From an uncultured bacterium (GTDB taxonomy: Bacteria > Zixibacteria > MSB-5A5 > GN15 > FEB-12), in the NCBI GenBank assembly GCA_965372795.1, contig CBDVDR010000016.1, positions 19,119-83,118 of the forward strand: a DNA stretch of 64,000 bases, written 5' to 3'. Each line of letters opens with the position of its first letter. Position 1 is the first letter of the stretch. Of this stretch, positions 19,690-29,827 are shown piece after piece. The position numbers were made by a program, and so were the translations under genes. The notes below the pieces were generated by a model. That model ran no database searches. It was not told where the DNA came from and saw nothing but the letters and a program-made list of their open reading frames with translations.

Positions 19690-21153
19690 CTTAATTTTCA
19701 AATTGCCCCCTTCAGCAAATATGTTGAAGGGTTTTCTGTATGTAACACAAAGACTTCCATCATCAATTGTACAGTTCGAAAGTAAGTATTTGAGCAAGTG
19801 TCTTCGATCATCGTTTGATTGATGTAAGTACAAGTCATATGCTTGTTTTGCAAGTTCGATAATCTGGCTACCCATTTCGAGGTATTCATGATTTGCATGA
19901 CGATGTTTGGAAATCTGTATTTCAATTTGGCGAAGCTCAGTATTCCACTCATAGGATTTTCTTTTCCAGAAATCTTCATCAATTAAACCATTCAACCTAT
20001 CTTCATATGCTTTCTCCTGATAGCCTCTGATACGATCGTAACGATTTTGTAAGGATTTTATAGATTTTCTTTGAAACTCTTCCTTGTCTGAGTGACTTTC
20101 ACGAAGAGCAGCTTTCAACCCCTCAGCAGCTTTTGAAGATAGTGATATTCGCTTTACTACTTCACCAAATAATTCACTGAGCCTATTTTCTTTTACTGAG
20201 TTTTTACATTTACCTTTAAACTGAGTACATCGATAATATATATACTTACCTTTTTTGATATCAGGTGTCATAGAGCATCCACATCTATCGCATTTGACAA
20301 GTCCTCTAAAAGCAAAGTTTCGTTTTGTCATTTTTGGAGTTTTCCCACCATTCAAAACTTGTTGTACAGCATTGTAGAGTTCAACTGATATGATTGCTTC
20401 ATGGATTCCGTTTTCATATAAAACATTCTTGTACTCAAAATACTTACCTGTATAGATTTGATTTTTGAGAATTCGATGAATTCCTGCTTTGTTGATTTTC
20501 TTTCCGTTCACAGACCTCAAGCCTAAATTATATGCGAACTCTTCCAAAAACTTGAGAGAATAGCGTCCGGTAGCATACTCTTCAAAAAGTCTTGCCACAA
20601 AAGGAGCTTTTTGAGAGTCTACATAAATCAAATGGTCTTGTAAATTTCTCATATATCCAATTGGAGATTTTGATGGCCACTGACCAAGAGAAGCTTTTTT
20701 ATTCATACCTTTCTTCACTTCTTCGGACAAATTGTCTATATAATTCTTTGCCATGAGAACCTTGATGCCATGTACAAACTTCGAATGAGATGAACTTTCA
20801 CTTGAGATAATCCCACCTTCTTTGACAAGATGAACTATAGTATCCAAATCTTCAAGATCAACAAAATCTCTGAAGTTGCGATAGAGTCGATCAGTTTTTT
20901 CAACCAAAATTGTTCGAACAAATGGATTAGCTTTTATAAAGTCGATCATCTGACCATATTGAGTTCGACCTACTGATTTTGCTGTCTCCTCATCAGTATA
21001 TTCGTGCACAACCTCAAAACTATTCGTTAGTGCATAATCTCGTAACAAGTCGAGTTGTGCATCTATAGAAAATCCTTCCTCAGCCTGCCGCTCAGAGGAA
21101 ACTCGTGCGTAAATAACTGCTTTCTTTTCTATTTGTTTCTGATATTTTTTCAT
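19681..21153 (-). CDS. Large serine recombinase (resolvase, recombinase, zinc-ribbon and coiled-coil domains)
   Basis: YARVSS catalytic Ser, TDRLYRN, PIGY, HEAIIS, CDRC...YYRC; stop codon lies inside tRNA-Asp. Confidence 0.95.
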   Translation of the reverse strand: MKKYQKQIEKKAVIYARVSSERQAEEGFSIDAQLDLLRDYALTNSFEVVHEYTDEETAKSVGRTQYGQMIDFIKANPFVRTILVEKTDRLYRNFRDFVDLEDLDTIVHLVKEGGIISSESSSHSKFVHGIKVLMAKNYIDNLSEEVKKGMNKKASLGQWPSKSPIGYMRNLQDHLIYVDSQKAPFVARLFEEYATGRYSLKFLEEFAYNLGLRSVNGKKINKAGIHRILKNQIYTGKYFEYKNVLYENGIHEAIISVELYNAVQQVLNGGKTPKMTKRNFAFRGLVKCDRCGCSMTPDIKKGKYIYYRCTQFKGKCKNSVKENRLSELFGEVVKRISLSSKAAEGLKAALRESHSDKEEFQRKSIKSLQNRYDRIRGYQEKAYEDRLNGLIDEDFWKRKSYEWNTELRQIEIQISKHRHANHEYLEMGSQIIELAKQAYDLYLHQSNDDRRHLLKYLLSNCTIDDGSLCVTYRKPFNIFAEGGNLKIKRG

Positions 21154-21184
21154 GGATCATATTACCGATATTATCCGCTATATG

Positions 21185-21400
21185 TCAACGGATATTTTTT
21201 TTGGTTCCTTTCTCTTTTTTCTTCCATTCATGTAAAGTTGTAAAAAAACCAGCAACGTTTGTGTTAATTTCATCGGTGCAGTCAACAGATATGTATTCTC
21301 TTGATAAAATACTCCAATGAAATCGGCTTGATCTCAAGTTCTGCTTCAAAGTAGATATTGAACTATCACTCAACCTATCTTTTGTTTGCTTTCGAGTCAT
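21185..21400 (-). CDS. Small hypothetical protein upstream of the recombinase (possible directionality factor)
   Basis: 71 aa, co-oriented and overlapping the Rep-like gene; function inferred from position only. Confidence 0.4.
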   Translation of the reverse strand: MTRKQTKDRLSDSSISTLKQNLRSSRFHWSILSREYISVDCTDEINTNVAGFFTTLHEWKKKEKGTKKNIR

Positions 21401-22565
21401 AGGAATTCTCCTTTCTTGAATTCAGCTTATTGTCTGAGATGAAATCTATATAAGACTGCAATAAGTTTTTGATATCCTGTGGAACTTGATATACACCTTT
21501 GTCAATACGAGTAACCAGCCCTTGATTGAGAAGTTTGGCAAGAAGGTACTTGGATGAGTTATTGGCTATCACTCTACCAGTCGTTGCAAGGAGAGATATC
21601 AACTTTATAAACTGTGGATGATTTTTACACGCACGACTCAGATTGTAGAGGATTTGCCCCTTATCTGACTGTCCCGCCAATGCGGATTGAGATTGCTCAA
21701 AAAATTTGAGTATATTTGTGATTGATCGCTGATACCAGCAATCGATAATATGGTCGAGAGTCACTATGGTGTTCGATCCAATCACAGAGGTGCCAACAAG
21801 TTCTCGGATACGCCTACTGTTGAGTAGAGTTTCTACTCGCAAGGAGTCGACAAATTTCGGATAAATCATTATTCTCTCATTCTTCAACGGAAAAGCGGCA
21901 AGTCCATAGGAATTACGAGTTATTTTATCTCGTGGTAATAGTACTGTATAAGGCTTTGCTTCGTTATTTTTGAACATAGATTGAAAGAGCTTACGGTTTT
22001 TTTCAGTAAATAAGATCGCATCTTCTATGAACATATCCCAATAAAGTTCAAGATGTGTAATAGATATTGAGGGTTCTGTAAAGCTCAAATTATTTGAGGT
22101 TGAAGACTGCTTCATGATTTCAACGATAGATCCAAGTAAATCTTCGAGAGTATTGTGTAGTAACGACCTTGTTTCAGCTGCCAGAATCGCTCGATCATGA
22201 GTTGTGTATAAATCCTGAGGTAAAAAGTTATCATTATCATCCAATGATTCTAAAGTCAAGAAATTGAATGATTTATGCCTTAGTATACGAGTAGGATTGA
22301 TTGTGACATCCATAAACAAGGTTACAGAGTTTGTGGTTCGATTGTGATAAAGTTTCATTTCTGCCAAAATTCGGTTTTGACGTCTTGTACGGAGTTTCAA
22401 GAAGGCATATTTCTGATAGCTATGTCTTATAGTGAAGAGATCGTTACCAAGATTTACAACAGTCCTTGCGAATTCATCTGAGTTCATCCCAGCAGCCGAA
22501 AAACCAGCGACTTTCATCTGTACCTTATCTATCATGACCATCTCGGATCTGAGAATATCAATCAT
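21375..22565 (-). CDS. Putative replication-initiation-like protein with C-terminal wHTH
   Basis: ITHLELYWD and IMIYPK...LRVETLL motifs reminiscent of rolling-circle Rep (gene II/X-like); LLNQGLVTRIDKGVY wHTH-like end. Confidence 0.45.
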   Translation of the reverse strand: MIDILRSEMVMIDKVQMKVAGFSAAGMNSDEFARTVVNLGNDLFTIRHSYQKYAFLKLRTRRQNRILAEMKLYHNRTTNSVTLFMDVTINPTRILRHKSFNFLTLESLDDNDNFLPQDLYTTHDRAILAAETRSLLHNTLEDLLGSIVEIMKQSSTSNNLSFTEPSISITHLELYWDMFIEDAILFTEKNRKLFQSMFKNNEAKPYTVLLPRDKITRNSYGLAAFPLKNERIMIYPKFVDSLRVETLLNSRRIRELVGTSVIGSNTIVTLDHIIDCWYQRSITNILKFFEQSQSALAGQSDKGQILYNLSRACKNHPQFIKLISLLATTGRVIANNSSKYLLAKLLNQGLVTRIDKGVYQVPQDIKNLLQSYIDFISDNKLNSRKENSYDSKANKR

Positions 22566-22963
22566 GACAAGAATCTTTCAATGTAAAATTTTTGACGTAA
22601 AATACATCTATAGTATAAAGGTGAGACCATTGACTTGTTGTTTAATGCGATTAGCATAATAGTTATAATTTGGCACAAAACATTATCTCCTTATCCAACA
22701 AAATGTTACGAGATTCATCTTCTTCTCTTAATCTATTGTACAACTACCTAAGTTGACTATAAGTAGAGTTAGTTAGTAAGCATGATATTTTTTTGTTATG
22801 CGATTTCAGTCAGGAGAATGGAGTTAAAAGGACGCATTATTTGCATAGCAAACCGCTCATGGACTTATTAAACAAGTGTCGGCTCGTCGCATCGGGTTGA
22901 GACAGAAACTGCCTCAGCGACCTTGCATTTGAATCTATCAATGCATCCATACAAGATTAACCT

Positions 22964-23000
22964 AATGATACTTATAGTCCGTAGACCTATAAGTATCATT
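22964..23000. promoter_or_regulatory. Palindromic operator (C-box-like) upstream of the XRE gene
   Basis: Perfect 14-bp inverted repeat aatgatacttatag-N9-ctataagtatcatt. Confidence 0.65.
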
Positions 23001-23037
23001 GGATTATCCTACATATATCTTAATTGATTGGTAATAG

Positions 23038-23265
23038 ATGATGGATGATCCAAAGATAAAATTCGGAAAAATGGTAAGACAGAAACGACTTCAGTGGAAT
23101 TATTCTCAAGAAGAACTTGCTCATCGTTGTGATCTCGACAGAACTTATATTGGTGGAGTTGAACGAGGAGAACGCAATATAAGCCTAATAAATATTTGTA
23201 AAATTGCCAAAGCTTTGAATACTACACCCAAAACCTTACTCGACTTCGGTAAAATCGAGTATTGA
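23038..23265 (+). CDS. XRE-family HTH regulator (R-M controller C-protein-like)
   Basis: SQEELAHRCDLDRTYIGGVERGERNISLINI. Confidence 0.9.
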   Translation: MMDDPKIKFGKMVRQKRLQWNYSQEELAHRCDLDRTYIGGVERGERNISLINICKIAKALNTTPKTLLDFGKIEY

Positions 23266-23416
23266 ATTTAATTATTGTGTATTTCGAAAAATTCCTTCAA
23301 AAGACCTCATAGATTTTTAATTAAATAAACCTATAGATTTATATTTTCCGCTTGTATGGAATGTTGACTATAAGTATCATATTGTAAGCGCAAACTAATA
23401 TATGAGGGTATAATCG

Positions 23417-24115
23417 ATGTTTTTAAAAGTACTTTTAATATCAATAATTTTATTGATTAATATTCCATTTTCTGGATATTCACAGACAAAATTTATTGAA
23501 AATCGTAAAAAGTTAGAAATCGCAGTAAATGAAAACATATCTACACATTACTTATTCAAAAATTGTCAACTTCAGGATGATAACAAATGGTTAAGTATTG
23601 AACTAAAATCAAAAACTTGGAAGAATCCTAATGACACAAAAGCTCTAATTGATTCTATCATAAAAATTACTAAAAACTTTGCACCGTTTAGTGCTAATAA
23701 AAATTCGGAATTTCAAATTTATATTGATGAACCTAAAAGTGGATTCCCTATAGCAACTGTACGATCTTATTCTACAAAGACCTACTATGATTATTCATTT
23801 TCTGAGTGGCAAACGAAAGCTAAAGAAAAGTTATTCGGAATAAGGCAATCTACTCAGTATGTTTCAGAAGAAATAAAGTTTGGCAGGCCAATAATGTCAA
23901 TGTGGTCTGGTGTTAAGCTATATTATGGATCTGGCTCATCAAAAAAGTTTGTTGGTAAAATAGTATGTTTTAGTGGTGATCTTGTTATGATCAAATATCC
24001 GTCTGGGTCTATAGAATCGAAATACAGAAGCGTAATTATAGACTTGAAAGGAAAGTGGTATATTGACAAGAATGATCCTGCTTTAAATGCGATGGAGTAC
24101 TATACTTGTGACTAA
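23417..24115 (+). CDS. Secreted hypothetical protein
   Basis: Signal peptide, GAGG RBS. Confidence 0.6.
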   Translation: MFLKVLLISIILLINIPFSGYSQTKFIENRKKLEIAVNENISTHYLFKNCQLQDDNKWLSIELKSKTWKNPNDTKALIDSIIKITKNFAPFSANKNSEFQIYIDEPKSGFPIATVRSYSTKTYYDYSFSEWQTKAKEKLFGIRQSTQYVSEEIKFGRPIMSMWSGVKLYYGSGSSKKFVGKIVCFSGDLVMIKYPSGSIESKYRSVIIDLKGKWYIDKNDPALNAMEYYTCD

Positions 24116-24273
24116 TAACACCAAATTGAGTTTGCCAATTATTATTTTTGAATTTTTTATCTTTTGCCCTTATAAATCGCCTCATATTTACTTAAACAAA
24201 TGTGAAACTATCCACTTTACAAATCCTTTCTTACCGCTTATTTTTATGTAATTGTACCACAGGAGCTTACGTA

Positions 24274-24918
24274 ATGATCGAGTTGTTTCCGGTTGATAAA
24301 GTCAACCAAATGAGATGCAAATTGGAAACAGCCAGAGCTCCGGCAGGTGATACTCTTAAACAAAATGGATGGCACAAGAGTGACCTGTCACCAAATGTAT
24401 TACTGGAAACGCTTGAAAGTCTTTGGCTTAAAGAAGGATATACACTTCGAGGATACTTATATAAATCAGGTGAAAACGGAAACGGCATTGTTTGGGCAAT
24501 GCCAATCGACTCACCTTTTCCAGAACCTTCAGAGTGCACCAGTCTTACCGATCAGTTTCTTGAACCACCAAAACCAGAACACGCTCTTGATGATTTCATG
24601 GAAGCAATTGATGGTGATCACACAGCTTGGTCATACATGTGTTCCTCAATCCTTGGCCGAGAATTACTTGAGTTCGGTGCAAGATGGCATGGCTGTGAAT
24701 GGAGTTATGAAAGGATTGTATCTTTTAAGAAGTTATATAGAATATGTAGGTTAAAACCAATAACTGATAAATCTTTCATTTATAATCCAATTGTAATTAT
24801 AAATCAGATTGTAATTTGTTCTTTATTTACTATTCATGAGCAATATGGTTTTATTAAGGAGAACAGAGACATTTACCAGAAAGGGAATTATGAAAATAAT
24901 AATAACGATCAAAAATAA
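24274..24918 (+). CDS. Hypothetical protein
   Basis: AGGAG RBS before MIELF; RELLEFGARWHGCEW motif; C-terminus looks degenerate. Confidence 0.5.
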   Translation: MIELFPVDKVNQMRCKLETARAPAGDTLKQNGWHKSDLSPNVLLETLESLWLKEGYTLRGYLYKSGENGNGIVWAMPIDSPFPEPSECTSLTDQFLEPPKPEHALDDFMEAIDGDHTAWSYMCSSILGRELLEFGARWHGCEWSYERIVSFKKLYRICRLKPITDKSFIYNPIVIINQIVICSLFTIHEQYGFIKENRDIYQKGNYENNNNDQK

Positions 24919-24947
24919 TAAAATTTGGGATAAATATTATACCTTAA

Positions 24948-25793
24948 TCAACTTACTCGAATAGTTATTTTTTTTGATTTCATATTCCTCATAAAATTAC
25001 TAATATGCCTTAAACCATCTATAAATGCATACCTACATTCTCTATAAGTTTTATGTGCATCTTTTTTCGATCTTGGAGCATGAACAGCTGGATTACCAAA
25101 ATCACTTACAAAAGATTTCATCCCTCCAATAATAGCAGAAGTATCGCTAAACTGTCTGGCATCATTCATGTCATTCAAAATATCCGCTAAATCTTTTGAA
25201 AGAGTTGAAGTAGTTAGCCAATCTTTTTTGATACTTGATTTAACAGCACTTTTGACCATTTCTTCAATAAGGATTCGGAGATCACCTACACCTGAACGAG
25301 GATCATTTTGATATTTATCAAATGCATCAAGTACCCTTACTTTGACTTTACCTTTAATGTCCTTTGTTTTTTCGTTAAATTCCTTTCCTTTTATATGTTG
25401 AACTAAAGGTACAGTTGACTCTTGAAATTTCGCATCACCATTATCATCTACTATTATTATTCCATATCCATGAGATAATAATTTCTTGAATTCTGCTTTA
25501 TTTTTTTTATCGTTGTATAGCCCTTCAGTACATACACAATAAATTTCAATTGGTATAGTTACTTCTATGATATCAGCCAAATATAATTTAAAAACTGTTG
25601 GGTAAGGCATTTGAGATACTTCAGCAACTAAAATTCTTTTTCGAGTAGTTTCAAAATGTAAAGCAGGTGCCCAATCGATCTCATGTGAGATCGGTTGCGA
25701 TACTTTTGGTTGTGTTTGGAATCGCTCACTTAAAAATTTATGAGCAGAATTGAACAAAAAATCATCTCCAGATGATAAGCCCTTGTATGACAT
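24948..25793 (-). CDS. Hypothetical protein, possible PD-(D/E)xK-like N-domain plus HEPN-like C-domain
   Basis: Last gene of the MTase operon; LVAEV...GYGII and FGNPAVH motifs; fold assignment is inference. Confidence 0.45.
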   Translation of the reverse strand: MSYKGLSSGDDFLFNSAHKFLSERFQTQPKVSQPISHEIDWAPALHFETTRKRILVAEVSQMPYPTVFKLYLADIIEVTIPIEIYCVCTEGLYNDKKNKAEFKKLLSHGYGIIIVDDNGDAKFQESTVPLVQHIKGKEFNEKTKDIKGKVKVRVLDAFDKYQNDPRSGVGDLRILIEEMVKSAVKSSIKKDWLTTSTLSKDLADILNDMNDARQFSDTSAIIGGMKSFVSDFGNPAVHAPRSKKDAHKTYRECRYAFIDGLRHISNFMRNMKSKKITIRVS

Positions 25794-26759
25794 TTACTTG
25801 CCCCCCAAAATTCTCTGGAGGAATTCTCTAAGATTATTTAATTTTTCAACAAATTCATCATCCAATTGAGAGACAAGATTCTCCTTCAACAAAATATCAA
25901 AATAAGCGTTTAAGTGATCAATTTGACTGATTGCCTTTTTTTCATCATAACCAAATTCTACTGTCCTTTCATACACCTCACGAATGCCTACTTCATTATT
26001 GGAATTGAACAAACTTTTCAAAGCAGATTCAGCTTGAGACTTTTTGATACCGATATTATCGATTGCAGTAGCAATTTTGGATAATTGCCTAAAATCTGTA
26101 ACAGCTCCAATTGTCCCTTCACGGTACTTGTCAATAAGCGTATTTCTTATTCCGTCAATATTGGATTCAAATTGAGGAAGTCTTTTGGTAATAGTCTTGA
26201 GAGACCGTTCCATTTCAAGAAAGAAATCCTCTGTAATTTTCTGACGAGATTTAGGAAGCTGCAATTCTTCCATCAACATTTGCTCAAACTGTGGAGGCAT
26301 CTCCATAAGTAATTGGCATCTACGTATCTGCCCTCTTGTAAGACCAGTCTCTTTACTCAACTCTATCTCATTTGGTGGGTACCCTTTTTCTTCTGTAAAT
26401 AAATCAATAATTCGTCCTAAGTTTTTTGCAATTGTAAAGTAATCCCACTGTTCTCGAAGTGCGTGAATATTCGACATCAACAATAAGTTTTCTAATTCTG
26501 AAGGACGATCCTGTATAATTGCTGGGATTTTATCAAGAGCAAGTTTTATTGAACATCGCCATCTTCTCTCTCCATCAATGAGAAAGTACTTGTCTTTATG
26601 TTCAAAAACTGAAATTGGAACTTGAATACCATGTTCAGAAATAGACACCATAAGGATCTCCATTTCTTCTTGACGAAAAACCATTCTTGGATTTTCAGGG
26701 TTTGGCTGAATATCTTTAGGTGATATTTGCTTTAACCTTTTTATTTTTGTTTTATCCAT
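25794..26759 (-). CDS. ParB/Srx N-terminal domain protein
   Basis: IQPNPENPR, SISEHGIQVPI, LIDGERRWRC. Confidence 0.85.
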   Translation of the reverse strand: MDKTKIKRLKQISPKDIQPNPENPRMVFRQEEMEILMVSISEHGIQVPISVFEHKDKYFLIDGERRWRCSIKLALDKIPAIIQDRPSELENLLLMSNIHALREQWDYFTIAKNLGRIIDLFTEEKGYPPNEIELSKETGLTRGQIRRCQLLMEMPPQFEQMLMEELQLPKSRQKITEDFFLEMERSLKTITKRLPQFESNIDGIRNTLIDKYREGTIGAVTDFRQLSKIATAIDNIGIKKSQAESALKSLFNSNNEVGIREVYERTVEFGYDEKKAISQIDHLNAYFDILLKENLVSQLDDEFVEKLNNLREFLQRILGGK

Positions 26760-27990
26760 ATGCTCTCCTACCCAATATTAACAACTCCTTTGCGGAGTAT
26801 TTTCCATATCCTTTTGAAGCACCCAGAGTAGAGTGCTCTATATCAACTTCGTTAGTAATCTCAACTGAACGATACTTTTTTTTCATAAGTTTGGGAAGTT
26901 GTTCTTTCGCATTCGGTAATAATCCTACTTCAGGATAACTGATAATAAAATCTGATCCAATTCCAGCGACAGAATCTATTAAATCAGTAAAAGCGTTCAT
27001 TACTTTTGGAGAACTACAAAAAGGTGACTGAAATCGATCCCCCCTATACCTACCAACTCCTGATGCTGTTGGATAGTCGTATAGTATCAAGGTTTCATAC
27101 AGATGATAATATCTGGAATATTGGTCATTAGTATAAGGAGGGTCAGCGTAAACAACAGCAGGTTTAATTTTATAACGCATCATTTTATTCACGAGTTCAA
27201 GTGCATCTTCATTAAAAACTCGATTGGTACTTCTCCAATCTGCCCAACCAATAGGAACCAATTCATCAATCGCATCTAACCAGTGAAGCCATACTGATTT
27301 CTTTCTTTGATTTACAAAATGCCTACAATTATTATCCTTTATTTTGAGATATTGTGCGAAATGTCCAGTTGTTGTAGAAACCTTACAAGTAGCTTGGCAA
27401 AGTGCAAGTATCCACCATCGATGTAAATCTTGATCGATAACTCTATTCTCTCTAAGAACATCAATAGAATATCTAATTGAATCTATCTCGATAGCCTGTT
27501 TTAAGCCTATATACCCACCAGCAAATGTGATAGAGAATAAACGATATGGAAACGTAGATGATTTTCTTTTGAGTCTTTTACTTTCAGACTGAAGTTTTGA
27601 GTCATTACCAACATGAGGTAGCTGGCTGTAAAAGTCTCCAAAACTCTCAGGACTTGAGGTTACCAGTTCTTCTAATTCTTGATCAATATATTTTACAAAC
27701 CTATTGTATAATTTTTCTTTATTCCTCTCAAAATTACTGTATGCTTTGTCGGCGGCTTCTATTGATGTCAAACTGATGTTCTTGGATTGAAAAAAAGCTT
27801 TTGCAACTGTAGATGCGAATACTTGAATATCATTACACCAAACTGATCTTTCAGTGCCTATTGATTCTCCAACAGCACATACTCCTGAAAATAAGTCAAG
27901 AAAAGGACCTCTCTTCAAGTTATGTGTAATTTCAGCGATTGTAGGAGCTATCCTGCGCTTAGTTCCCATGTAACTTACCGATATTGTCAA
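26752..27990 (-). CDS. DNA adenine methyltransferase (alpha-class order)
   Basis: YMGTK, DLFSGVCAVG, ND, YADPPY...QYSRYYH. Confidence 0.88.
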   Translation of the reverse strand: MTISVSYMGTKRRIAPTIAEITHNLKRGPFLDLFSGVCAVGESIGTERSVWCNDIQVFASTVAKAFFQSKNISLTSIEAADKAYSNFERNKEKLYNRFVKYIDQELEELVTSSPESFGDFYSQLPHVGNDSKLQSESKRLKRKSSTFPYRLFSITFAGGYIGLKQAIEIDSIRYSIDVLRENRVIDQDLHRWWILALCQATCKVSTTTGHFAQYLKIKDNNCRHFVNQRKKSVWLHWLDAIDELVPIGWADWRSTNRVFNEDALELVNKMMRYKIKPAVVYADPPYTNDQYSRYYHLYETLILYDYPTASGVGRYRGDRFQSPFCSSPKVMNAFTDLIDSVAGIGSDFIISYPEVGLLPNAKEQLPKLMKKKYRSVEITNEVDIEHSTLGASKGYGKYSAKELLILGRRAYG

Positions 27991-28358
27991 TCAACCTCGC
28001 TACTCATTAAAATGGATAACTAACAACTTAATTTTATTAAAATACAAATGTAAAGGAGCTTTGTCAAGTCATCAAACCCCTCATAACGATATAGTAATAA
28101 GCAACTTAAGATTAAGTTGAAGGATTGGATGAAAAACCTACTGAGTTATATTTATTCTGACTTATAAAACCACCTATAGAATATAACAATTTACAGAATC
28201 AGATCATGAAATTTTCAACTTTAAAAATAAACACAATTAAGATTTAAAAGGCAATTGCACAATACTACTTTTTACAATAATTATTCTTACCTAATTAACA
28301 TTTTATCTGAAATGTGAGATACTTTATTTTCTTTTTTTTAGGGATGCATATAGTATAA

Positions 28359-29348
28359 TTATGCTTTTTCACACAATTCCTTTTTCCATGTTAACTTCCC
28401 GAAGTAATCCAGGCACCACAAGCAAGGGTATGGATAGAGACAATTTTGATCCGACATGCTGCTCAACCTAACGCTTGTAAATTTAGACAATAACTCATAA
28501 TGGCGTGCAATACATTTTTCTAATCCTTCAACATTCACACTCCCCAACATCTCTTTTCCCATAATTGAGGGTTTATTTCCATTACATACATGAGACAGAT
28601 TACAGCAAAAAACTGCATTTCCCAAATGATCAATAGAGTATGATTGTTGATAAGCATTGCAATTAAATAAGGCACTATCCTCTCCCCAAGAACCCTCAAT
28701 CATTATCTCTGTCTTGATGTTTGGAATAATGTCACTTTTAATGAATAAGAAGATTTGTTTCGTTTCCTCATGAGAGGGTAAAAGATTGTTCTCCAATAAT
28801 CGTGGTGTAGGAACAAGAGTAAGAAACGAGTGTTGGTTTGCGCCTAACTTTGATCCCAAAAGAGCAATCTCTATAATCTCTTGTATATTAGCATTGGTCA
28901 CTACTGTTTTAAAGCTTAACGGCAATCCTTGAAGTCGGCTGAGATTAGCTGCGTCAATTACTTCAGAAAATGAGTCATTTCCTCTTAAAGTATTATGTGA
29001 AGTAGGTGATGCACCGTCCAAACTTAGACATATACTATCTAAGTATCTTTTTACCATTGGATTGGACAATACTGGTAATGTCCTTTGTTTGAACTGATAT
29101 CCGTTGCTCACAAAACTGAACTTCAGTTTTCTTTCTGCTAAAGCGACTAACATATCAGGCCAAGCAGGATGAAGTGTGGGCTCACCACCTGTAAGACTAA
29201 TATGAGTTATTCCAAAACTATACGCACTATCTAATATTTCTATAAAGACATCCAAAGGAAGATGTTTTCTGGGCTCCAATTTATCCCTCAGACAGTGAAT
29301 ACAATCACGGTTGCAAACATTCGTTAGATCTATAGATAAATCTGGCAT
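28359..29348 (-). CDS. Radical SAM enzyme with Cys-rich SPASM/twitch-like C-terminus
   Basis: CNRDCIHC, TGGEPTLHP, SLDG; C-terminal C...CC...C...CLWC. Confidence 0.9.
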   Translation of the reverse strand: MPDLSIDLTNVCNRDCIHCLRDKLEPRKHLPLDVFIEILDSAYSFGITHISLTGGEPTLHPAWPDMLVALAERKLKFSFVSNGYQFKQRTLPVLSNPMVKRYLDSICLSLDGASPTSHNTLRGNDSFSEVIDAANLSRLQGLPLSFKTVVTNANIQEIIEIALLGSKLGANQHSFLTLVPTPRLLENNLLPSHEETKQIFLFIKSDIIPNIKTEIMIEGSWGEDSALFNCNAYQQSYSIDHLGNAVFCCNLSHVCNGNKPSIMGKEMLGSVNVEGLEKCIARHYELLSKFTSVRLSSMSDQNCLYPYPCLWCLDYFGKLTWKKELCEKA

Positions 29349-29365
29349 ATAATATAACTCTTCAA

Positions 29366-29827
29366 CTAATAGGCTCTTTGACCGCTTCTTCTTGCTTGTC
29401 TTACTGCAGAGCTTACACGACCCGTTACAACAGCTCCTATTTTATGAAAATGCTCACCCTCCACTTCCATAATCGGCCTTGTATAAGTTATCTTCTTAGC
29501 ATTAGGTTTCGTTGTAATACTGACGCACTCTTTCTGTATCTGTGATGATAATAGATTGTGTCGCTTAAGGTCAACTATAAACCTATCAATGTCCTCCGAG
29601 ACATTTTCTATATCAATATTCTCATATCTTGCCGATACCAATGACATTACAGAAGACAATGGAATCCCATCAGTACTTTCCTTGATCAAACGCAAAATGC
29701 AGCATGCGGGGTCATTCAACCAAAAAGACTGCTTTGTTTCTAAATCAACAATTAATCCCTCGTCCTCAAGTGTCGATAAGATAATATCGCTTTTGAGGTT
29801 AATTACTTCTTTTATTCTCTCGTCCAC
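29366..29827 (-). CDS. PqqD/RRE-domain protein with C-terminal leader/precursor-like tail
   Basis: EDEGLIVDL...FWLN...RYE...EDIDRFIVDL RRE fold, then YTRPIM plus a short Arg/Ser-rich tail. Confidence 0.7.
   Translation of the reverse strand: MDERIKEVINLKSDIILSTLEDEGLIVDLETKQSFWLNDPACCILRLIKESTDGIPLSSVMSLVSARYENIDIENVSEDIDRFIVDLKRHNLLSSQIQKECVSITTKPNAKKITYTRPIMEVEGEHFHKIGAVVTGRVSSAVRQARRSGQRAY

Noticed and set aside
19562..19822. 86-aa ORF on the plus strand
   Set aside because: Overlaps tRNA-Asp and lies antisense to the recombinase; spurious.
24347..24754. Alternative-frame 135-aa ORF and the many other short overlapping or antisense ORFs in the track
   Set aside because: Nested in or antisense to better-supported genes, with no recognisable motifs.
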